A DNA stretch of 32,000 nt from the NCBI RefSeq assembly GCF_947494875.1, contig NZ_CANLWM010000007.1, positions 273,405 through 305,404 of the forward strand, written 5' to 3'. The stretch comes from an uncultured Williamsia sp. (lineage in GTDB: Bacteria > Actinomycetota > Actinomycetes > Mycobacteriales > Mycobacteriaceae). A program made the position numbers and the translations under genes. The notes beneath the pieces are model-generated. The model was given only the letters and a program-made list of their open reading frames with translations. It searched no databases and was not told where the DNA came from. Below, in pieces: positions 25,245-32,000 of this stretch (position 1 is its first letter; each line of letters begins with the position of its first letter).

Positions 25245-26516
25245 TTACGCGGCCTCATCGGTATCTCGCGCGGGTGCGCGGGAGCGGTGTTCGTGTCCGG
25301 TGGGTGTTCGTATCAACGCGTCGTGGGTGCCGTCGTCGTCGATCGCGGTCGTGACCTGCCAGCCGAAGCTCTCTTTCTGCCGGTTGTGCGTCCGACACTC
25401 CCCCAGCCCGTTGAGAGCGTCCGTCGCACCGCCGTCGTGATGCGGGTGTGCGTGGTCGATCTCGACGATCGGGGCATCGCAGTACGGGAACCGACACGAG
25501 ATGTCGCGGCGGGTGATGAAGCGGCGCAGACCGGACGGGAAGATCCGCGCCTTCGACTCCATGGCGACGAGCGCACCGGAGTCCGGCGCTGCGAACAGCC
25601 GTCGCAGCGTGACCAGGGCGTCCGCGTCGAGGGCATCGGTGATCAGGTCCCGGGCGGTATCGGCCGGGATCGGCCCGTAGCCGGGAACCTCCGCCGCGGC
25701 GCTGGAGTCGGCGAGGAGGACATCCGCGGAGACAACTACGTCCACCGCGACCGGGAGGTCCTCGGCTCGGGCTTTGCCGGTGAGTCGTTCGACGAGTGTG
25801 TCGGCCATGATCTGCGTGTGGCTGCGATCGCCGTCGCCGACGAGTGCGTCCGCATGCTGCTTCAGCGCGGCGTACGCGGCGATCCCCGCCTTCATCGGTA
25901 GGAGCGCCGAGAGCTGCACCATGGCATCGGGTTTCGGCCGCATGCTCACGCGACGGTCCTTCGGCGCGGATGCGTTACGGTCCACGACGGCCTGCGGGTC
26001 ACGCTGATAGGCGAGTTGCTTCGCCAACGCCTCCAGCGCCCGATCGCCGACACCGTCGAGCGTCGCGGCATCGGCACACAGTGCGTGGTCGATGACGCGC
26101 CGATCCTCGACCTGGAGGTAGCCGGTCTCCCGGACAAGGATCGTCGCCCGCCACTCAGAAAGGCTGCCCTCTCGGAGGCGAGCGAAGGTGTTCGGCATCT
26201 CGCCCATCGCCCGGGCGAACCCCAGATGGCGGCCACCGGCGTTGCCCGACACCCGCCGCGCCAACGCCACCTCCGCCGACAACCCCCGGCACCGTCGCTC
26301 GATCGGGACGCCCCGCTCGGCCTCCGCCGCCGACCGCAACTCCTGCAACCGCAGAGTGTCCGCCGCCTGCCCCGCGGCGCAGGCCGCTTTGATCGACTCC
26401 AACAGGGAGATCCGATCAACCGCCTCGACCTCATCACCGGCAGCGGGAATCTCAGCGAGCACAGCCATCACCTCACGCAACGCGTCTCGCGCGTCGATGA
26501 TGCCCGTGCTCGTCAT
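25245..26516 (-). CDS. DUF222 + HNH endonuclease domain protein (REP13E12-like family)
   Basis: 423 aa from ATG 26516 (MTSTGIIDARDAL…). The C-terminus is CRFPYCDAPIVEIDHAHPHHDGGATDALNGLGECRTHNRQKE, the HNH signature. The ORF-track N-terminal extension to 27101 runs antisense into metN and is rejected. Confidence 0.85.
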   Translation of the reverse strand: MTSTGIIDARDALREVMAVLAEIPAAGDEVEAVDRISLLESIKAACAAGQAADTLRLQELRSAAEAERGVPIERRCRGLSAEVALARRVSGNAGGRHLGFARAMGEMPNTFARLREGSLSEWRATILVRETGYLQVEDRRVIDHALCADAATLDGVGDRALEALAKQLAYQRDPQAVVDRNASAPKDRRVSMRPKPDAMVQLSALLPMKAGIAAYAALKQHADALVGDGDRSHTQIMADTLVERLTGKARAEDLPVAVDVVVSADVLLADSSAAAEVPGYGPIPADTARDLITDALDADALVTLRRLFAAPDSGALVAMESKARIFPSGLRRFITRRDISCRFPYCDAPIVEIDHAHPHHDGGATDALNGLGECRTHNRQKESFGWQVTTAIDDDGTHDALIRTPTGHEHRSRAPARDTDEAA

Positions 26517-26596
26517 GAGTACATGTGTACACGAGGGGTCCGACAAGATCGGAGACTCAAAAGCATCTGTGGACAACCGTTTTCGGTGCTTCACCT

Positions 26597-26639
26597 GCCC
26601 AACGAACGGCTCCGACCGCCCAACAGGCGGAGGGAGGTT
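26597..26639. repeat. 21-nt periodic CCCAAC repeat, copy A (2 units)
   Basis: gcccaacgaacggctccgaccgcccaacaggcgg (26597-26630) is 33/34 identical to 29568-29601. It lies 81 nt upstream of the HNH gene start and about 75 nt upstream of metN. Confidence 0.85.
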
Positions 26640-26712
26640 TTTTACTATGCCGCGATAACGGTTTCCGCTGGTCACAGCACATACAGGCGTCGCAGGCCGC
26701 ACCGGAATCACC

Positions 26713-27765
26713 GTGATCGCAATGCTGTGTGACCGCGACGCCCGCCGTGATGATCCTCCGGTGATCGAGATCCAGGGACTCACCAAGACGTTCGGGAGCG
26801 GCCCGGGCGCCGTCACCGTCCTCGACGACATCGACTTCGCCGTCGCCGCCGGTGAGATCTTCGCCGTCGTCGGACCGTCAGGTGCGGGCAAATCGACGCT
26901 GGCGCAGTGCATCAACCTGCTCGAACGTCCGACGTCGGGGTCCGTCGTCGTGAACGGCGAGCGTCTCACCGACCTCGACGAGGCGGGTCTGCGGACAGCA
27001 CGGCGACGCATCGGCACCGTGTTCCAGTCGGCGAATCTGCTGAGCCGCCGCACCGCCGCGCAGAACGTCGCTCTCCCCCTGCAGTACCTGGGCGTCACCA
27101 AGACCCAGACGCAGGAGCGGGTCGCGGAGTTGCTCGACCGCGTCGGACTGACGGCGCAGGCGAACAGGTACCCCCATCAGCTGTCGGGCGGTCAGCGCCA
27201 GCGCGTCGGCATCGCGCGCGCCCTGGCCCTGCGTCCGTCGGTGCTGTTGTCCGACGAGGCCACGTCGGGTCTGGATCCGGCCACGACGGACTCGTTCCTG
27301 GAGCTGCTCACCGAGGTCCGTGACGACCTGCAGATCGCGGTCGTCTTCATCACCCACGAGATGGACACCATCGTGAAGGTCGCCGACCGCGTCGGCCGAC
27401 TGGATCACGGACGCATCGTCGAGCAGGGCGCAGTCGTCGACCTGCTCCTGGATCCCGACTCCGCGTTGGGGTCCGCGCTCCGGCCGCGCGCCGCGACCAC
27501 CGCTCCGGCGCCGGGTGTCCGCGCGCTCCGGGTGACCCACACCTCACCCGCGGTGCCGGGCGACTGGATCACCCGCATCGGCACGGCGACGGGCGCCACG
27601 CTGACCGTGCTCGGTGGTCATGTGCAGGACGTCGGCGGGGTCCCCGTGGGCGAGTGGACGATCGGCGTGCCGGAGGCTGACGTCGCGGCGGTGGTCTCCG
27701 CGGCGGGACCGCTCGGACTGACCGCGCGACCCGTCGACACGACGACCCAGGTGGTCGCGGCGTGA
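26713..27765 (+). CDS. metN: methionine ABC transporter ATP-binding protein MetN
   Basis: Walker A is GPSGAGKST, the signature is LSGGQRQRVGIARAL, and Walker B is LLSDEATSGLD. It has a C-terminal NIL-like domain. The start is uncertain: GTG 26713, ATG 26722 or GTG 26761. Confidence 0.88.
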   Translation: MIAMLCDRDARRDDPPVIEIQGLTKTFGSGPGAVTVLDDIDFAVAAGEIFAVVGPSGAGKSTLAQCINLLERPTSGSVVVNGERLTDLDEAGLRTARRRIGTVFQSANLLSRRTAAQNVALPLQYLGVTKTQTQERVAELLDRVGLTAQANRYPHQLSGGQRQRVGIARALALRPSVLLSDEATSGLDPATTDSFLELLTEVRDDLQIAVVFITHEMDTIVKVADRVGRLDHGRIVEQGAVVDLLLDPDSALGSALRPRAATTAPAPGVRALRVTHTSPAVPGDWITRIGTATGATLTVLGGHVQDVGGVPVGEWTIGVPEADVAAVVSAAGPLGLTARPVDTTTQVVAA

Positions 27766-28490
27766 GCGCGTCGAGCACCGTCTTGGCGGCCATCACCGTC
27801 CCGACGAACGAGATCCCCGGCCTGCTGATCCCGGCGTTCCAGGACACCGTGATCATGGTCGGCATCGTGATGGTGATCGTCGCCGTCGTCGGGATCCCGC
27901 TCGGTGCGATCGTCCACAACCTCGCTCCCGGTGGCCTGTTCGAGAACCGGGCGCTGCACACACCGCTGTCGTGGGTCATCAGCATCGGCCGGTCGCTGCC
28001 GTTCCTGGTGCTGATGACGTCGATCATCCCGTTCACGCGGCTGATCACGGGCACCAACATCGGCATCCCCGCTGCGGTGGTCCCCATGTCGATCGCGGGC
28101 ATCGCGTTCTTCACCCGTATCGTCGAGAACTCACTGCGCGGGGTGCCGTCGTCTGTGGTCGCCGCCGCCACCGCGGCGGGCGGCTCGAAGTTCCAGATCA
28201 TCCGCACCGCGCAGATCTCCGAGGCACTGCCGTCGATCGTCGGTGGTCTCACGATCAACACGATCGCGATGATCGAGTACTCGGCGATCGCCGGGACCAT
28301 CGGCGCCGGCGGACTGGGCTACATCGCGGTCACCTACGGCTATCAGCGCTTCGACCACCAGGTGATGATCGCGACCATCATCACCCTGGTCGTCACCGTC
28401 GCGGTCATCCAGGTCGTCGGCGACGCGCTGGTCCGGTTCCTCTCCCCCGAGCAGTCGGTGCGATCGGCCCGCCTGCCGTCGAAGGTCTGA
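27762..28490 (+). CDS. metI: methionine ABC transporter permease MetI
   Basis: 242 aa with about 5 TM segments and a BPD-transport EAA-like loop (AAATAAGGSKFQIIRTAQISEALPS). It has a GTGA overlap with metN. Confidence 0.85.
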   Translation: MSASSTVLAAITVPTNEIPGLLIPAFQDTVIMVGIVMVIVAVVGIPLGAIVHNLAPGGLFENRALHTPLSWVISIGRSLPFLVLMTSIIPFTRLITGTNIGIPAAVVPMSIAGIAFFTRIVENSLRGVPSSVVAAATAAGGSKFQIIRTAQISEALPSIVGGLTINTIAMIEYSAIAGTIGAGGLGYIAVTYGYQRFDHQVMIATIITLVVTVAVIQVVGDALVRFLSPEQSVRSARLPSKV

Positions 28491-28582
28491 CCGCCCAGGA
28501 AGAACCACCTCACAGCATCTCGCTCATCACACGGACGCGCACCGGGCGTGGCCGTGGCCCCCTGCGCACCGAAGGAGACACC

Positions 28583-29497
28583 ATGACGCAGACCAGTCCC
28601 CCGTCCACCACCGACACCACAACCGGTTTCGAGGTGAGGAAGCGCCGTCGCGGACCGATCATCGCGGGCGTCGTCATCGTCGTCGTCGCGGTCGTCGCCG
28701 GACTCGTCGCCTGGCGATTTTTCGGGTCGGACTCGACGTCGCCGAACGAGAAGGCCGGCGCCACACTGACCGTCGTCACAGCCGAGGGCAACGCCAACGA
28801 GCAGGCTCTCGTCGACTACATCGCGAAGAACGTCGCCCCTCGCTACGGCATCAAGGTCGCGTTCAAGGGTCTCGCCGACAGCACCACGTTGAACCGCGCG
28901 GTCAGCGACGGTGAGGTCGCGGGCACCATCTACCAGCACAAGCGGTGGCTGTCGCAGGTACTCGACGCCAACCCTGATTTCAAGGAGGTCGCCTCGACGC
29001 CGGTGTTCCGCTGGGGATTCGGGATCTGGTCGGACAAGTACACCGACGTCTCGCAGCTGCCGAACGGCGCCAAGGTCTCCCTCTACTCCGACCCGGCCAA
29101 CGAGGCCCAGGGCCTGTGGCTGCTCGAGCGCGCCGGTCTGATCACGCTCAAGCCGGGCATCGACAAGTCGCGGGCGACCCAGAACGACATCGCGACCAAC
29201 CCGAAGAACATCCAGTTCACCCTGCTGGACTTCGCCGCCCAGTCACGCGCCCTGCCCGACCTGGACGCGACCGTCGGCTACACGGAGTACTACCTGGCCG
29301 CGGGGATCCCACTGACCAAGCAGATCTTCGCGCCCGCCGCCCCCGACGAGTTCGCCGGTCAGCTGACCATCGGGACACGCTGGCAGAACACCGACAACAT
29401 CAAGAAGCTGGTCGCTGTGTTCAAGGACCCCGCAGTGCAGGACTACCTGCGCACCGACCCCCAGGTGAAGAACATCCTGCTGCCACTGCAGTCGTGA
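28583..29497 (+). CDS. metQ: MetQ/NlpA-family substrate-binding protein (membrane-anchored, no lipobox Cys)
   Basis: 304 aa from ATG 28583, preceded by GAAGGAG. It has an N-terminal TM anchor (IIAGVVIVVVAVVAGLVAW). NlpA-like segments are …GTIYQHKRWL… and DPANEAQGLWLLERAGLITLK. Confidence 0.82.
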   Translation: MTQTSPPSTTDTTTGFEVRKRRRGPIIAGVVIVVVAVVAGLVAWRFFGSDSTSPNEKAGATLTVVTAEGNANEQALVDYIAKNVAPRYGIKVAFKGLADSTTLNRAVSDGEVAGTIYQHKRWLSQVLDANPDFKEVASTPVFRWGFGIWSDKYTDVSQLPNGAKVSLYSDPANEAQGLWLLERAGLITLKPGIDKSRATQNDIATNPKNIQFTLLDFAAQSRALPDLDATVGYTEYYLAAGIPLTKQIFAPAAPDEFAGQLTIGTRWQNTDNIKKLVAVFKDPAVQDYLRTDPQVKNILLPLQS

Positions 29498-29520
29498 CCG
29501 ACTGACGCTGCCGCCTGACT

Positions 29521-29556
29521 CGCGAGCCGCTGACCCACCCGGGTCAGCGGCTAGCG
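29521..29556. terminator. stem-loop after metQ
   Basis: cgcgagccgctgaccc (29521-36), loop accc, gggtcagcggctagcg (29541-56), matching 15/16. The same left arm is perfectly complementary (16/16) to 29628-29643. Confidence 0.6.
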
Positions 29557-29560
29557 GCGT

Positions 29561-29631
29561 CCCAACCGCCCAACGAACGGCTCCGACCGCCCAACAGACG
29601 GTTCCGGGTGCCCAACGAACGGCCCCGGGGT
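29561..29631. repeat. 21-nt periodic CCCAAC repeat, copy B (3 units plus a partial unit)
   Basis: The units are cccaacgaacggctccgaccg (29569-89), cccaacagacggttccgggtg (29590-610) and cccaacgaacggccccggggt (29611-31), preceded by the partial cccaaccg. Confidence 0.85.
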
Positions 29632-30419
29632 CAGCGGCTCGCGACGTGTCGGTAGCGCAGCACCGAGAGCGTCCCGAACACCACGAGGATCACCAACGAG
29701 CTGCCGATCGAGTAGGCGACGGCGTGGTCGGCCACCCAGCCGGTGGCGACCGGGAACGACGGCGGGGCCGGGTTGTCGAACAGTTGCCGGCACGCGGTCG
29801 CGACGGCGGTGACCGGGTTCCACTCGGCGATCGCGCGCAGCGGACCCGGCAGGCTCTGCGCGGAGATGAACGCACTCGACAGGAAGGTCACCGGGAACAG
29901 CCACACGAACCCGACGCTCTGCGCGACCTCGACAGTCTTCGCCATCAGACCGGTCAGTGCCCCGATCCAGGACACGGCGAACCCGAACAGCAGGACGATC
30001 GCGAACGCCAGCACGGCATCGCCGACGCTGCCCCGGATCCGCCACCCGACGGCCAACCCGCACAGCGCCATCACCGCGACGCTGACGATGCTCACCGCCA
30101 GGTCGGAGACGGTGCGCCCCAACACGACGGCGATCCGCGACATCGGCAGCGACCGGAAGCGGTCGACGATCCCGTCCTGCAGGTCCCCGGCCAACCCCAC
30201 CGTCGTGAACGCTGCGTTGAACGCCACGGTCTGCGTGAAGATCCCGGCCATCAGGTACTCGCGGTAGGACCCACCGCCGAACGTGGCCCCGAAGACGTAG
30301 GCGAAGAGGAACACGAACATCAGCGGCTGGACCGTCGCGCTCACCAGCAGGGTCGGCACACGACGGATGGTGATCAGGTTGCGCTCGGCCATCATGACGC
30401 TGTCGGACACGACGCTCAT
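29631..30419 (-). CDS. ABC-2 type transporter permease (DrrB-like)
   Basis: 262 aa from ATG 30419 with six hydrophobic segments. It has an ATGA overlap with the upstream ATPase gene. Confidence 0.82.
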   Translation of the reverse strand: MSVVSDSVMMAERNLITIRRVPTLLVSATVQPLMFVFLFAYVFGATFGGGSYREYLMAGIFTQTVAFNAAFTTVGLAGDLQDGIVDRFRSLPMSRIAVVLGRTVSDLAVSIVSVAVMALCGLAVGWRIRGSVGDAVLAFAIVLLFGFAVSWIGALTGLMAKTVEVAQSVGFVWLFPVTFLSSAFISAQSLPGPLRAIAEWNPVTAVATACRQLFDNPAPPSFPVATGWVADHAVAYSIGSSLVILVVFGTLSVLRYRHVASR

Positions 30420-31498
30420 GACTGCGACTCCTTCTCGGCGGTGAGTGTAAGGAACACGTCGTCGAGCGTGGGCGCGCTGACGGAGGAGTCGACCACCTCG
30501 ACGCCTGCGGCGGTCAGCGCCGCGACAGCTGCTGTGGCGGAACGGGTCCCGTCGGAGACTGCGACCGTCCATCGGTCCAGACCGTCGACGCGTTCGGGGG
30601 GTGCCACGCCGATGTCGGACAGCACCCGCGTCACGGCCTGGTCGCCAGCGCCCTCGGCGACGACGACGGTCAGGATCGCCTGCGTGATGGTCGACTTCAA
30701 CTCGTCGGCGGTGCCCCGCGCGATGACGACGCCCTTGTCGATGACCGTGATCTCGTCGGCGAGGGTGTCGGCCTCTTCGAGGTACTGCGTGGTCAGCAGG
30801 ACGGTGGTCCCGGCCGCCACGAGGTCGGTGATGAGCGACCACATATCGCGACGCCCGCGGGGGTCGAGACCGGTGGTCGGCTCGTCCAGGATCACGAGCC
30901 GCGGGCGGGCCACCAGCGCCCCGGCGAGGTCGATACGGCGTCGCATCCCACCGGAGAAGGTCCGGGTCGGGCGATCGGCGACGTCGGCGAGGCGGAAGTC
31001 GTCCAACAGTTCCCGCGCCCGGACCCCGGCCGCACGACGGTTCATCCCATAGAGCCGACCGACCATGCTCAGGTTCTCGAACGCGGTCAGGTTGCCGTCG
31101 ACGGCCGCGTACTGCCCCGACACCCCGATCGCCCGTCGCACCGCGACGGCCTCACGGGCGACGTCGTGGCCGAGGACCCGCACGGCGCCACCGTCCGGGG
31201 CGAGGAGGGTCGAGATGATGCGCACGGTCGTCGTCTTCCCGGCACCGTTGGGACCGAGCAGGGCGTGGACCGTTCCCGGGAGCACGTCGAGGTCGATGCC
31301 GTCGAGCGCGACATGCGTCGAGGCCGACCGGCCGAGTCCCCCGCCGAACACCTTGCGGAGACCCCGGATCGATACGGCGGCAGCATCGTCGAGTCGATCC
31401 GACGACGCCGAGGCGTCGGGCTCGGTGGACTCCATGGCCGCCCGTGCGGCGTGCCGCTCCCAGGGTGCGCGGTCGTCGGTGGTGTCGGTCGCGGTCAT
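30416..31498 (-). CDS. ABC transporter ATP-binding protein (DrrA-like)
   Basis: Walker A is GPNGAGKTT, the signature is FSGGMRRRIDLAGAL, and Walker B is LVILDEPTTGLD. ATG 31498 overlaps the stop of the upstream thioesterase-like ORF (ATGA). A later start (MESTEPD) is possible. Confidence 0.85.
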   Translation of the reverse strand: MTATDTTDDRAPWERHAARAAMESTEPDASASSDRLDDAAAVSIRGLRKVFGGGLGRSASTHVALDGIDLDVLPGTVHALLGPNGAGKTTTVRIISTLLAPDGGAVRVLGHDVAREAVAVRRAIGVSGQYAAVDGNLTAFENLSMVGRLYGMNRRAAGVRARELLDDFRLADVADRPTRTFSGGMRRRIDLAGALVARPRLVILDEPTTGLDPRGRRDMWSLITDLVAAGTTVLLTTQYLEEADTLADEITVIDKGVVIARGTADELKSTITQAILTVVVAEGAGDQAVTRVLSDIGVAPPERVDGLDRWTVAVSDGTRSATAAVAALTAAGVEVVDSSVSAPTLDDVFLTLTAEKESQS

Positions 31499-32000
31499 CG
31501 CCCGTCCTGTCCCTCGGTGGTCATCGCCCCGCCGACGCGCGGCGCCCACCGCGCGACGACGTCCGGGTCGAGCAGATCGCGGTGTCGGGCGTCGACGACG
31601 ACCTCGGCGAGGTCACCGGCGACGACGCCGCGCCAGTCGTCGATCGCCGGCGGTCCGGGCGGATCGGCTGCGGCGGTGACGAACACGACGTCTCCCGGAA
31701 CCGGCCGCGGGCGCCATCCGGCAGCCAGCGCGGTCGCGTCGCGGTAGGCGTCGTACAGCGACTCGAGCACCTCGACCGGCAGGTCCGCGATGGGTCCGGG
31801 AAGTCCGTGCATCAGTCCATGGGCCTGGGCGACGGTGAGATCGGGATCGACGTCGTCGGGGTCGGCGACACCGAACTCGACGGCGAGATCGGCCGGCGAC
31901 GGCGGTTCGTCCCATCCCGGATGGTCGGCGAGCACGTACGAGTCGAGCAGAACCACGGACGCCGGCCCGGCGCCATCCTCGGCCAGCAGGCAGGCGAGCT
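31495..32000 (-). CDS. thioesterase-domain (alpha/beta hydrolase) C-terminal fragment; the gene continues beyond the window
   Basis: The frame is open to nt 32000 (…LACLLAEDGAGPASVVLLDSY…). A …VVFVTAAADPP…VVVDARHRDLLDP tail follows, which resembles NRPS/PKS-associated TE domains. Confidence 0.55.
   Translation of the reverse strand, partial: LACLLAEDGAGPASVVLLDSYVLADHPGWDEPPSPADLAVEFGVADPDDVDPDLTVAQAHGLMHGLPGPIADLPVEVLESLYDAYRDATALAAGWRPRPVPGDVVFVTAAADPPGPPAIDDWRGVVAGDLAEVVVDARHRDLLDPDVVARWAPRVGGAMTTEGQDGR

Noticed and set aside
26517-26712. A SAM-I or SAM-IV riboswitch upstream of metN.
   Set aside because: I could not find the conserved S-box or SAM-IV core sequences. The only P1-like stem encloses about 42 nt, which is too short for those classes. 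This needs an Rfam scan to settle.
26517-27101. An N-terminal extension of the HNH gene to 618 aa.
   Set aside because: It would read through the intergenic repeat and antisense into metN. DUF222 proteins begin near the MTSTGIIDA… start at 26516.
1-32000. A search for tRNA, rRNA, tmRNA, integrase or prophage hallmarks next to the HNH and AbiEi-like genes.
   Set aside because: I saw no cloverleaf-like sequence, rRNA-like stretch, recombinase or phage structural gene on either strand. The accessory-looking genes appear as isolated insertions.

Overview
Very GC-rich actinobacterial chromosomal DNA, Mycobacteriales-like by protein content. It is densely coding, with about 34 protein genes. I found no rRNA, tRNA, CRISPR array or recognisable transposase or integrase.

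Left to right: a partial ORF; an MMPL transporter; a 1618-aa secreted protein made of 12 tandem ~100-aa repeats; a two-subunit 3-oxoacid CoA-transferase; a divergent zinc-starvation alternative ribosomal protein locus; a TetR/DUF1772 divergon; a translationally coupled alpha/beta acyl-CoA dehydrogenase pair; a Phd-VapC toxin-antitoxin pair; AEC and EamA transporters; a CGNR zinc-finger protein; a DUF1707/LiaF-like protein; a DUF72 <- VWA <- ChlI-like AAA+ operon; an orphan AbiEi/DUF559-like gene; TauE/SafE; a DUF222-HNH (REP13E12-like) gene; metNIQ; and a thioesterase fragment with a DrrAB-like exporter at the right edge. The ribosomal locus encodes a COG0523-like protein, L31 type B and L32 on one strand and L28, L33, S14 and S18 on the other.

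The most unusual signals:
- The giant repeat protein.
- The AbiEi/DUF559-like gene, tightly bracketed by compound hairpin repeats built from the 7-mer CCGCGAC/GTCGCGG at fixed 19- and 17-nt spacing, with a 13-bp perfect inverted repeat at the outer ends.
- A 34-nt sequence (33/34 identical) in 21-nt periodic arrays on both sides of metNIQ. One copy appears to be inserted into a perfect 16-bp terminator hairpin with a 16-nt duplication.
- A six-gene Cys-less ribosomal paralog set with a P-loop-less COG0523 protein.
- A ChlI/ChlD-like AAA+/VWA pair coupled to DUF72.

All calls rest on reading the translations and the DNA by eye. No database search or computation was run.
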